Shown here piece after piece: positions 26,385-39,259 of a stretch of DNA of 64,000 nucleotides. A model generated the notes under the pieces. It saw nothing but the letters and a program-made list of their open reading frames with translations, was not told the origin of the DNA and searched no databases. The stretch lies in the NCBI RefSeq assembly GCF_009914755.1, contig NC_060946.1, one strand, 5' to 3'. A program made the translations under genes and the position numbers. Position 1 is the stretch's first letter, and each line of letters opens with the position of its first letter. The stretch is from the human T2T-CHM13v2.0 reference genome, Homo sapiens.

Positions 26385-28699
26385 ATGGCTCGCATCAGAA
26401 ATCTTGAGGGAGGCACCAGCCCACTGCTCAGAGCTGTGTGACCTCAAGCTAGTGACCCAGCCTCTCTGAGTCCTCCATTCCTCCTCTGCCTAGCTCTCCA
26501 GGGGGCAATGAGGCCAAACAGAGATGTGGTAAGTGCTTTGCCGACTGTAGAGTGCTCCACAAGTGTCAGGAAGCACAAGGCCCAGGGGACTTGGCCAGAC
26601 TGAGCAGTGGACACCTTCTGAGGCAAACAACCAGTGTATCCCGCTAACTTGTGGGTTCACTTTTTCCTCCCAGAGCTTCCTACAGTAAAACAAAGCAGAG
26701 AGCCACAGGCCCCTGGATGACACTTGGCAGCCACCCCCACCCCCGCCAAGCAGCAGGTAAGAGCTGTGGGACCCCTTGTTCCTAAGCCACACACTATTCC
26801 TGTCCTTGACGGGGACCATGGCTAGTTAAGGCGATAATTGCAGCCATCCTTATCAATACAGCAATGACAATTTAGAGGCAGAGGTGGCAGAAACACACTC
26901 AGTAGTGGTCCCCACAGACAAGTGAGTACACCGGCACCCATCTGTTGAGCTGCAGACAAATTCCCCTGGGAAGGACAAGACGTGGTCAGGAGCAGAGCTC
27001 AGTGGAAAGGCCACCCCCTCTGCTGGGCAGCCTTTGTGGAGAGGGTTCGGAAAGCCCATCCCCCTGCAGGTCTCACAGCTTCTGGTGGCTCCTATTTACT
27101 TTGGGGCACACACGAGGATCTGATGGACAGGGCTGGAGGTGCAGCTCCTGTGCCTCTCTGTAAGGGTCCCTCCCTCGTGTACATATGAACACACGAGAGT
27201 TGTGGCTAAATGGATCCTTGACAGCCCCAGGGGGGACAATGAAGCAGTGAGCCTGCTGGGCCTGCCCCCTGGAGACCATGCCTCCCTGCCTGCCAGGAAG
27301 ACCAACCTCCTGCCCCTGCCTGCTTCTGTCATCCTCCAATCAGCTTCTCAGTGAGGTCCCATCGGTCCCTTCTCCAAAGGCTTTCCGGCTGCCAGCCGAT
27401 GCTGTCTGCAGTGGGTCTGCTACTGACTTACCATTCTGACCTTGTGAAATGGAGAGAAGCTCTCGGCGCTGCTGGTCCCCAGGAGTTAGATCTGTTCTCC
27501 TGTGAGATCGGCTAAACCTGGCCTTCTTACTGGCGCGGGGTGACGGGCTTGTTTTCCTCTTTTGCTGGTTCTCTTTATCCTTGGAATTGGTGCTTTTCAC
27601 ATTGTGTTTACCCTCACATTTGGCTTAATCCAGTGAGGTGCTGTTTCTCATTTTCCCCCCCGACTTTTGGCTTTGGGGAGGTGGCGAGGGCGTGCACAGG
27701 TGGAACAGAACAGGTTTTATGTGAACAGAAGCTGCTCCTTTGGGGTTGGTGGCCCTCCCGGCCACTCCCCTACACAATGCGTGTGGAGGGAAAGCAGACG
27801 CCCATCGGCAGCACAGGGATGATGAAACTAACCGCTAAAGAGACACTACTAAGTGCCCCCACTTTATTTTTCAAAAGTATGGACATATTATTGCTTTATG
27901 TCCCTGAATTCATATTTTTTTCTTTAGTCTCTGTTGGCTATTTCTGGGTTGCTCTGTGTGATTTTCAGGAGCATATTACATACTCCAGAGACAGAGACCC
28001 CATTGTAGTAAACGAAAATTCTCCCCCAGGGTGAAACAGTGACAACAGTCCCCAATTAAAATCAAAGTGTGTGGGGGCTCCATGACATTCTCAAGGTTTG
28101 ATTAGGTGAGAAAGAGAAATTGGGACAGGCTCTTCATCTCCAAACCAGCTCTAAAAATGTTCTACTCCTGTCCCAGCCTCTGCTAATTTGGGTCTTGAAA
28201 TGAAAGGGGCAGGGAAGGGATTGGGAAGTGTGGGTGGAGGCAGACAACTCTTCAGAAATGGGAGGCACCAAAAGAAGATCCAGAGGGTCTGGGGTGCGGC
28301 TGCAGCCCAGCAGCTCCTGGCAGTGGGACTGGGGCAGCCTGAGAGCAGGATGAGACTGAGGGGCAGGGGTGGAAAGGCAGAAGCAAGGGATGGCCCGGCT
28401 GGACCTGTTCCCCTTCTTCCCATCTGCCTGGCCCAGCCAATGGCACCAACTGTGAGGCAGTGTGTAGCTCTAAGCAAGACCATGGTTCAAGGTCTGGCTT
28501 TGACCCTGACTACTGCCTGTGTGGCCCTGGACAAGTTCCTTAGCTCATTTTAGTCTCTGTTTTCTCATATACAATGTGACGATCTAACCTTCCCGGTAGG
28601 GTTGTTAAGAGGATTAAAACATGCTCGTGACATTGTTAGTGTTTGTTAAGTGTCAACTACTATTATTATTATTAAACCGGAATTCTGGAGCTCATCCCT

Positions 28700-28816
28700 A
28701 TTTAGAGATAGAGTCTCACTATGTTGTCCAGGGTGGCCTTGAACTCCTGGGCTCAAGCAATCCTCCTGCTTCAGTCTCATGAGTAGCTAAAACTACAGGC
28801 CCCACTGCACCTGGCT
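28700..28816 (-). mobile_element. FLAM-type Alu monomer
   Basis: Single reverse monomer. Confidence 0.7.
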
Positions 28817-28833
28817 TCAACCCCATTTTTAAC

Positions 28834-29720
28834 ATTTATTTTATTTTTAAGGTTTTCTTTTTTTTTTCTTTTACCTTAAGTTCTGAGATACATGTGCAGA
28901 ATGTGCAGGCTTGTTACGTAGGTATACATGTGCCATGATGCTTTGCTGCACCTATCAACCTGTATTTTAGGTTTTAAGCCCCGCATGCATTAGGTGTTTG
29001 TTCTAATGCTCTCCCTCCCCTTGTCCCCTCCCCACCCCCCAACAGGCCCCAGTGTGTGATGTTCCCCTCCCTGTGTCCATGTGTTCTCATTGTTCAACTC
29101 CCACTTATGAGTGAGAGCATGTGGTGTTTGGTTTTCTGTTCCTGTGTTAGTTTGCTGAGAATGATGGCTTCCAGCTTCATCCATGTCCTTGCAAAGGACA
29201 TGATCTCATTCTTTTTTATGGCTGCATAATATTCCATGGTGTACATGTGCCACAGTTTCTTTATCCAGTGTATAATTGACAGGCATTTGGGTTGGTTCCA
29301 AGTCTTTGCTACTGTAAATAGTGCTGCAATAAACATACGTGTGCATGTGTCTTTATAGTAGAATAATTTATAATCCTTTGGGTATATACCCAGTAATGGG
29401 ATTGCTGGGTCAAATGGTATTTCTGGTTCTAGATCCTTGAGGAATCGCCACACTGTCTTCCCCAATGGTTGAAGTAATTTACACTCCCAGCAACAGTGTA
29501 AAAGCATTTCTATTTCTCCACAGCCTCGCCAGCATCTGTTGTATCCTGACTTTTTAATAATCGCCATTCTGGCTGGCATGAGATGGTATCTCATCGTGGT
29601 TTTGATTTGCATTTCTCTAATGACCAGTGATGATAGGCTTTTTTCATATGTTTGTTGGCTGCATAAATGTCTTCTTTTGAGACGTGTCTGTTCATATCCT
29701 TCGCCTACTTTTTGATGGGC
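28834..29720 (-). mobile_element. 5'-truncated L1PA7/8-like element (ORF2 C-terminus plus 3'UTR)
   Basis: [14 protein letters not shown]...CWRGC..HCCWEC...LISGS*; TSD caacccc(c)atttttaac at 28818-28833 and 29721-29737. Confidence 0.93.
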
Positions 29721-32700
29721 CAACCCCCATTTTTAACTAATCTCTGAGTCCTGGAACTTTTTCCACTTCTCTTATGTCTGTCAACTTTTTCCCATCTCTC
29801 CTTTCTCACCCTTCTGCCTCTAGCTTACGTCAAGCCACGGCCTTGGCTTGCTGGTTGCTCGAGGGAGGTCTGTTTGGTGGTGAGACGTCAAGAGCATTGC
29901 CAGCAGTAATATGCAGCATGGTGGCAAAGGACTAGAAGTAGAAAGGAGTGAGGTCATTATTTGCCTAAACTAGGGTGACAGCCGGGTGAGTGGTACAGAG
30001 CGGGCAGGAATGAGACCCAGAGAAGACAGAACAGACCAACAGGGCCCAGGAACTGGATGTTGGGGAGAGAGGAAGAGGAAAGACCCAAGTGGCGTCTGGA
30101 GCTACTGGTGCCATTACCAGAAAGAGAAAAGCAGAGGAGAGGCTGGGAAGATGATGAGCTCATGATTTGTTGTGGGGTTCAAAACAGAAAATGTGTGCAA
30201 AAGTGCTTTGATATCTACAAATTGCTACACAAATGCAAGTGATTATTTCATGACATTTAGATAACATGATAATCTTATTAATGATAATCCTGGCAACGAT
30301 ACATGCTTTAGGGACTGATATAGCTATTAGGCACATTCTGTTAGGAATTGAACAAAATAATTCATCTGTCCAAAGTAGTACACGTATAATCCAGAAATAG
30401 AATCCAAGATTCTCATCCAACCCTGCCATCCATTTGTTCAATCCCTTTGAACCTATATGTGAAAAATTCTTCCAGTGTGTGCTCTCTCATGCCCTGTTTT
30501 GGCTAAGAGGGTGGGCTATCTGAATCTGAATCCCAGCTTTGCCACTTAGTAGCTGGGTGACCTTAGGCAAGTTGCTTAGACTCTCTGTGCCTGAATTTCC
30601 TTTAAAGGCGCATTATACCTATAAAGTACGTATAATAAAATAAAATAGGTATAATAATAGTCCCTACCTCAAAGGATTGTGGTGGGGACTGAGTGAGTTA
30701 ATACATGTAAAGTACTTTTAAAATAACTCATGGCACATAGCATGCACCCAGGAGTCTCCTAATCGTCCTCCCTGTCCTGCCTTGGCCTCTGCAGTCCGTT
30801 CTCAACACAAGAGCCAGTAGGAGCCTTTGAAACACTCCACAGAGCACATCACGCTTCTGCTCAAAAGCTCCAATATGCCCTTTCCCGCAGGGTGGGACCA
30901 TAGGCCTTATGGTGGCCTAGAAGCCTCATCCCCTTACCCCTCTGCCATCCTCTCCTGCCACATCCCATTCCACACATGCTGGCCGCCTGCCAGTCTGTGA
31001 ATCTCTCAGCCATAAGCCAGCTAGCTGTACCCCCGACCTGGAAGACACATCCCAGAGATCCTTATGGCAAACTCTTTACCTTCTTCGGTCTTCGCCCAAG
31101 TGTTACCAAACCGTAAGCCTCTTCCAGTCGCCCAGCCCCTTCTATCCCTTCCCGGCTCTGGTATCTTCATGGCACATGTTTGTTGCTAATAATATGCTAC
31201 ATAACTCACTTATTTATTGTGTTTACTGTGGATTTTCTCTCTCCGGTCCGTGAGAATGCAAGCTCCACAAGGGCAGGGCTTTAAAAAAGTATCTTATTAA
31301 CGAATGCCTCTTAAGCACCTAGAGCAGAGGCTGCATTCAGTAATATTAGTGAAATTGAAGAGATGTTTGTTTCTAATAGTAAGAATATCTCCAAGCTGTT
31401 TCTAATAGTAAGAATATCTCCAAGCTGTTCATCCATCCTTGGGAACTCAGAAAGCATCTCCCACAGACACCATCCCTGGATGGCAGTCTGGCCTGCCTGC
31501 GGCAGGCGTGGATGGATGTGCTCAGGTCTCACCTTTGCTAGACCTGCCGGTCCCTCCTCCTGGAATGGCCTTTCTGTTCATCTTTGTAAGTCCATGTCTT
31601 TTATTTTGAAGGGGTAGATTTTCCAGGCTACCAATAGCTTAGACTTCTAAGTCTGTCCAAGAGGCTTTTGCTAAATCAATTAGAATGCTTTCTAAATCCC
31701 AAATATTCTATAGGGGGACTCATCTTACTAGATTCAGAACTAGAACAATCTTTATGAATAATAACCTGTGAGATGACCCAAAATGTAAAAACGAAGTAGA
31801 CTTTTCATATATTGTCACCTCAGCAGCAATATAGACTGATGATTTGCTAATTTTAATTGACGGTTGATTTAATCAGTGATAGTGAATAATAAAAAATGCT
31901 CATCTTATCAACAGACAAGCTGATATATACTGCTCAACATTGCTTTTACCACCTTTATGATGTGCTGAAAGCTTTTCAGTTAAATAAATGAACCATGATA
32001 TAAGAACAGAAATGTGAAGGAAATATAATTTATCCGATTTCTGACTGTGCAACTGTTTAAGAACTCTATGCAGACCCAACAGGATATTGGACCAAAAAAC
32101 GTACAGGCAGTATTTTAATGATTTAGCTTGACCATGTGGCATCTGCCATACATAATGCAATAATACTCCTTTATCTTTGCCCTCTGTGATTCAAGTTCTA
32201 GGATGTCTCCTCCTCCATGCTATAGGAGTTCTGTGTTTACAAGAAAGATGTAGTATACAGTATAGGGGACAAGTTCTCAACTGCAGCCCTAGTGAACACG
32301 TAGACGGTGGTATGTTATAATGGAATTTTACTGTTTGAATAGCTGCAAATGCCTGAAGCCATAATTCTGCAATAATTACCATATCTTTGAGAACTTTCTG
32401 CACCATCAGTGAGAAAACAGAATTCAAAATTACCAAACAAAATCATCTTGAAAACCTAGTTTCTTCTGAGCCAATTTTCTCTTTTCTAAGCCTGCCTGCT
32501 GATAAAAGGTGGCACATATCTTCTGGCTTAACAATAATATGCTTGGCCTCCTTAAATTACTTGGTGTTCTGCAAGAAATAAAAATCTCTCAAATCTACAC
32601 ACTAAACCCTTTTATCACATCTCAGAATCTACTCTATTAAAAATAAAGTAAAACCTAGAAAACCAGTCCCCAGTATATTGAATATGTAACTGATTCACCC

Positions 32701-34689
32701 AGTTGTTCTCAGTATTCCCTTTCTCTTTAAAATGAAAGCACACAAAAGGAGGGACTCCTTGTATATTCAGGGCAAACCATTGTCACAATGAACTCATTTG
32801 GAATGGATTTTGGAAGCTCTTCAGTCTCCAGATTTCTATGACACTCTATTTTTCAATACGATCCATTTACTTGTCACTCAGTCTTTTTCTTTTATTCAGT
32901 CTGCACTGGTCACCTAACCATCACCTACTGTGTCACTGCATAAAATCTGAAACTGCAGTGATTCAAATTTCTGACCCACCACTAGTTTTGTACATCCTGT
33001 ATTCAAGCTCATCAAGTTCTCTCTTGCCCCCAGCTTTTGAACATGCTGTCCTCTCTGCCTAGAAAGCCCTCTCTCCCCTAACTCATTTTGCTGGACTGAC
33101 TCCTAGTTATCCTTCAGGATTCTATTTGGACTTCATTTCCTCCACGCAGCATCCCCTGAGGCCCTAATCGGAGCTGGTTGTCCCGCTTTATCAGGCTCTG
33201 CCACACCACGCTGTGCTCAAATTTATAGGACCTAAATATTGACAGTAACTACCCACTTAGCTGTCTGTGTCTCCACTGAACTAGCTCCGAAGGCAGTAAG
33301 CACACCCATCCATCCTGCTCACTATGGTGTCCTCAGTGTCTAGCAAACTGCCTACTCATCATAGGTGCTTAATACATATTTAAAGAATGAACACACCAGT
33401 AATTTGACAGTAAGCAAACTGTAAAATATTTTTATAACCGCCTTATAAAGTAGGATCCTCAAGTGCCAAAGTACTTAAGAGAATAACATCTAATGAAGTA
33501 TTTTTAACCTAAGATAATTACCAAGTCAATCAGAATACAGCCACTCTTAATTTAAGCCAACTTTGTTCTCTTCATTTAATGGAATTGGCTAAATAGAGGC
33601 TCAAATAAGTGCTTGTTAATTATACTAATTAACAAATGTTTGCATGGTTGCATTAAAATATATGAGCTCTCTAAAACCTAGTTAAAATCTGAGGTTACCA
33701 TGTGCATGTAGTGAGCTCAGAGTAAGTAAGGTAGTTTCTTAAAGGGATAGTTGTTGCTGCCTCAGTTATTTGTGGGGTTTCTCTGAGTATTCAAGACACC
33801 CAATGCTGCAACTTTTGGTTAGGGGGATGGGGAGGGAGGAATGCTTATCTCTGGAGGCTTTTTCCCTTCTCCATTCTTAGCAATGTACAGCTAAGAAATT
33901 TTACAGCCAGTACAAAAAGGGGATGCTGTATCCCAGTAGTAACTCCCTAGGAATCCACTGGCAGATTTCCCAGATGTATGAAGAAAGCCCATGGAAGATG
34001 TCTTCATATTTAATTCTTATTTTATTTTATAAAGAAGTTTATTTGCATTCCCTTTTGTATTCTCAGGGCCTGGTACGAGCCTTACAATAGTAGGTACTCA
34101 GACAGGCACCTGATAGGTAAATGATCGCAGAAGCCACCTTTCCCTAAAGGCATTTGCTGAGTCCAACAAATTCCAACTTCCATTTTGATGGTGAAAGAAC
34201 AGAAATCACCTTCATAAAAGGTGGGAAGTCTAACACGAGATGCTCCTTACAATAAAGGGAAATCTAATAGCTATGCAGTGAGAATGAATTGGAGATAAAC
34301 CAACTCTTATGAGGAATTTAAGTCTGGGATTAACCTAGGTATTCTAGAGAACTTTAAGCCGTGACCTAAATTGACTTAACCTATGTGGGAGTACACTAGG
34401 CACTTGGCAGAAATAAAAAGCAGGTTCTCGTATTATTCATACAAATAATTTTCCAAGTATCATGACCAGCTCATAGTCAAAGATAATCAGGCACACAAGG
34501 AAATGCAACACCATGAGCACAAACCAGCGGAGATATCAAATTAACAAAAACTAAGATCTAAACTAACTTTTGCTGTTATTAGTTTATCCATATGCATGAA
34601 AATTAGGAAATGTACCTCTCTACTTCTTCATAATAGGAATTAGAATATATTTGGAGCCAAAAGACAGTGAAAATACTGTATACCAAAAC

Positions 34690-35281
34690 TCATGGTAAAA
34701 TGGTACAGCCACTCTGGAAAATAGTTTGGCAGTTCTTCAGCAAGGTAAACATAATTACCATATGACTCAGCAATTCTACTTCTAGGTATATGCCCAACAG
34801 AAGTGAAACACATTCACACAGATGTTCACAGCACCATTATTCACAATAGCCAAATAGTGTAAACAACCCAAATGTCCACCAACTGATGAATGGATAAACA
34901 AAACGTGGTATATCCATACAATGGATATTACTCAGCCACAAAAAGAATGTAAGCTACATGCTAAAACATGAATGAACCTCAAAAAAGTATGCTACGAAGT
35001 CAAACACAAAAAGCTATATTATATAATTCCATTTGTATGAAATAGCCAAAATAAGCAGGTTCATGGAAACAGACAGTAAATGAGTGGTTGCTGGGGCTTG
35101 GAGGAGGGGGGTGTGGGGAGCAGCTGCTAATGGGGATGAGGTACCTTTTTGTGATGACCTAAATGTTCTGGAATTAGATAATGGTGATGGCTGTGCAACC
35201 TTGTGAATACAGTAGAAATCACTGAATTATATACCTTAAAAAGGTAAATTTTATGGTATGTGAATTATATTTCAACTTTAA
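34690..35281 (+). mobile_element. L1MB-type 3' fragment
   Basis: aaaatggtacagccactctggaaaatagtttggcag...tatggtatgtgaattatatttcaa. Confidence 0.8.
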
Positions 35282-35386
35282 AGGCTTTGTGGGATGCAGC
35301 TATACATTTAAGCTATTTAATCTTAAATACATATATTAAATGATTATTACTAGTTTGCTGGTAAGAATACTCTCTAGTTTACTTAA

Positions 35387-35783
<397 letters not shown>

Positions 35784-36782
35784 TAAAACTGTAGCAAATT
35801 TTAAAAGAACCAAGTAGAATTCTAGAAATAAAAAATCTAATAACCTAATTAAAATCTGAGGGATGATTTGACAATGGACTAGACATAGCTGAAGAGAGAA
35901 ATGATTAACTGGAAGGTAAGTTGGATAATAATTACCCTTGATCATGTAATTAGTATGTTCACCATAAGTGTTGTGAAGTGTCAAAATGTCTGCAACTTAC
36001 CTTCACAAAGTTCAGTAAAACATGTCTCTCTATTGATATAATGCATATATAAACATGTTTAGCAACAGAGGGAGATAAGGTGAACATGGCAAAATGTTAA
36101 CAACTGGTGAATCTATGTAAAGGGCATATATTCAATGTACAACTGTATACTCTTGGTTTCCAAACACAACGCGCTATTGTTTAATTCTACCTGGGTGATG
36201 GCTTGTTCTCAGTTTCCTTCATTGGCTCTTCAACTTTTCCTTAATCTCTTTGTTATAATCGCCTAGGACTCAGGCCTTCAACTTCTCTCCATGATCATGC
36301 TTAGCCTGTTGGTCATTTCATTTCATCTCATAGTTTTAAATAACCACCAAATCCTAACTGCCTGCCTCCATTCCAATCTAGACTCCCTCACAGACTTGGC
36401 TTTCACATCCAGGTGCCTACTTGGCTATCTAACAGATAATTGAAATTAACATATCAAAAATTGAATGTCTCTAAATTTTCTTTACCTATAGCCTTCCTCA
36501 TCTCAGTTGATGGCAAGGTCATCTTGAATTTCTGTTGCTTGGTCCAATACTTTGAGTTTGTCATTGACTCTTCTTTCTCTTATAAATATTTTGTCCAATC
36601 CATTAGTGAATCCCTGAACTAATAACTTCTCACTCACCCTCACTATGCCCACCCTGCTTTGAGCCATCATAAGCTCTCATCTGGATATCTGCCACAGCCT
36701 GCTAATTGGCTTCCCTGCCTCACCCCATGTTCTTGTACCAGTTCCCCTGCCAAAGCAAGAGCAATCATTTAGAATCAAAGTT

Positions 36783-37083
36783 GCCGGGCGCAGTGGCTCA
36801 CACCTGTAATCCTACCACTTTGGGAGGCAGAGGCGGGTGGATCATGAGGCCAAGGGATCAAGACCATCCTGCCCAACATGGTGAAACTACTAAAAATACA
36901 AAAATTAGCCGGGCGTGGTGGCGGGCACCTGTAATGCAGCTACTTGGGAGGCTGAGGCAGGAGAATTGCTTCAACCCGGGAGGCTGAGGCAGGAGAATTG
37001 CTTCAACCCGGGAGGCAGAGGTTGCAGCAAGCCAAGATCGCACCATTGCACTCCAGCCTGGGCGACAAAGCAAGACTCCATCT

Positions 37084-37116
<33 letters not shown>
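36783..37116 (+). mobile_element. AluS with internal 32-bp tandem duplication and ~32-nt pure A tail
   Basis: TSD agaatcaaag. Confidence 0.9.
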
Positions 37117-37118
<2 letters not shown>

Positions 37119-37201
37119 ATCAAAGGTCACATATCATTTTATATCCTAAACCCCTATCCTAATTTTTATTTTCACAGAGTAGAAGCCAAAATCTCTAACA
37201 A

Positions 37202-37500
37202 TTTTTTTTTTTTTTTTGAGATGGATTCTCACTCTGTTGCCCAGTGGCTGGAGTGCAGTGGCACAATCTTGGCTCACTGCAAGCTCCACCTCCAGAGTTC
37301 AAGCGATTCTCTGCCTCAGCCTCCCGAGTAGCTGGGATTACAGGTGCCCGCCACCATGCCCGGCTAATTTTTTTTTGTATTTTTAGTAGAGACGGGATTT
37401 CACCATCTTGCCCAGGCTGGTCTTGAACTCCTGACCTCGTGATCCACCTGCCTCGGCCTCCCAAAGTGCTGGGATTACAGATGTAAGCTGCCACACCAGG
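37202..37500 (-). mobile_element. AluS (inverted relative to the 36783 Alu)
   Basis: Poly-T plus reverse dimer; TSD tctctaaca. Confidence 0.9.
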
Positions 37501-37997
37501 TCTCTCTAACAGTGGTTTTTAAGAACCTATGTCATCTGTCATCTTTGCTCCATGACCTTGAACTCCGTCTACTCTCCCCTTTGCTCACTTCACTCCAGCC
37601 ACACCAGCTTTCTTGCCATTCTTCAACCACGCCAAATTCCTCCAGCTTTAAGGTCTTTTCACTGACAATTCCTTTATCACTTAATCCAGTCTGCATGATG
37701 AAAACCAGTTTCAATTTGTCTGGGAGCAGGACCCTGGCATTAGTATATTTTTAAAATGTTTCGTATGTCTTCAAAATAATCAGGATTATTTTAGCCTCGA
37801 GTTGGTAATTGTTGAAACTGAGTGATGGGCACATGGAGCCCATTACACGATTCTCTCAGACAAATATAAAACAAAAGAAAAGCTTCTGTGGTGATTCCAG
37901 TGTGCAGCAGGGTTGGGAATCACTGGCCTGTAATCCCCAAACCGGACTGTTTTGCCCATAAATAACAGACATTTCTATTTGAAAGGCTGTCTTAATG

Positions 37998-38039
37998 AAT
38001 TAAAAAGATACACAGAAGATGAAAAATATCAAATTTATT
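37998..38039 (-). terminator. Cleavage/polyadenylation signal of ENTHD1
   Basis: Minus strand reads AATAAA (38034-38039), then CA about 13 nt later (38021-38020), then the U/GU-rich element TCTTCTGTGTATCTTTTT. Confidence 0.8.
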
Positions 38040-38654
38040 TTCTGAAGTAGAATAAAAGGATGCATTTGAATTCACCTTGCAATATACATTGACAGTAAAA
38101 ACATTTGCCCCATGTCCTTCTTGTTTCCATTTAACTCCTAACACTAGCATCTGGAAGAAAGAAAAGATTTCTGGCCCTTGGTTGCAGAACCTAAAACTTG
38201 CAAAAGAATGTGTGAAATGTATACCCCCAAACTCAATCCTCCTAGGTCACCTCAGAGGCTTGTTAACAAGCTCCATACAGTTGAAAGATAAAGAGCTTCT
38301 TCCTGCCTCCTTATCCAAAAGCTCTTGAATAGTCATTTGCAGTTTGAGGTCTTACCACAATTTTCACTAGTGCTTAACCCATTTGAGGTACAGAGCATGA
38401 AAGAATGAAATTCTCTTCTGTTTCAAATGAACTAATATCTAAATCTGAAATTATCAAAGGTGACATCTTTCCCTTTTAAAAAATAAACCACCCAAATGAA
38501 AGTATTAGTTTGAAAGATACTTGCTAATAAACCTGACAAGGAAAAATTAAACCATCCCCTTTTTTGCCATAATAATATGAATTTATACAATGCTAACGTA
38601 AGTCTTGGGGAAGTGGAACCACACGAGTTCTATCAAAAATAGATATTGTGATGA
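38020..38654 (-). other. ENTHD1: ENTHD1 3'UTR
   Basis: Lies between the stop codon and the predicted CA cleavage site near 38020. Confidence 0.75.
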
Positions 38655-39259
38655 TTAGATCTGATCTGAGCTCCCCTCAGAAGACTGGGGGACCTGGGAA
38701 GACTGGCTTATTTGTGAACTATTCAGACTCATGCTCATCAAGATGTTATTGATGACATTAAGTTCTTGGATCACTGTGCTCAGATCTTCATGTAATCTAG
38801 CGATCGCACGTTTTACCTCCCTTAAAAGAACACTAATGGAATTCTTTGCTTCAGGTTCCTGGGGGAAGTCTTTGGTTGACTGAAAACCAGAACAGGACAG
38901 AGGGATGAACTGGTCTACATTTTGGGTGGAAAACTCCCCCCAGTGACTACTAGAAATGTGACTTATATTCTTTTTAGCAGAATCAGAGTTATTTGGAAGA
39001 ATTCCCAGTAGATTGAGGCTATCATTTTCCTCTACATCAGAAGACACTGGGCCCCTAGAAGCAAAGGAGTGATGCAGCTTGGCTGTCTTATCTTCATCTT
39101 TAAAGGAGGTAGAAGACAACTGTTGATGGGACAGAGTCCAGAAGGAAGGTCCGGCCAGAATTGGTGATAAGAGATGAGCTGACTTCTCTGGAGAGGCTAA
39201 ATCAGGAGATGACATGGATAAAGGAGAAAAGGAAGATGCTCCCTCAGAAGCAGTTGAAA
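38655..39259 (-). CDS. ENTHD1: ENTHD1 terminal coding exon: VSTASEG...SSEGSSDQI*
   Basis: Acceptor tttctctcatttacacattttag|TTTCA at 39260/39259. About 200 open codons in AT-rich DNA ending in TAA at 38655-38657. Followed by a 3'UTR with a poly(A) signal. Confidence 0.93.

Noticed and set aside
29094-29723. 209-aa L1 ORF2-like ORF
   Set aside because: Belongs to a 5'-truncated L1. Its N-terminal part is out of frame with ORF2 and it lacks the EN/RT domains and a promoter.
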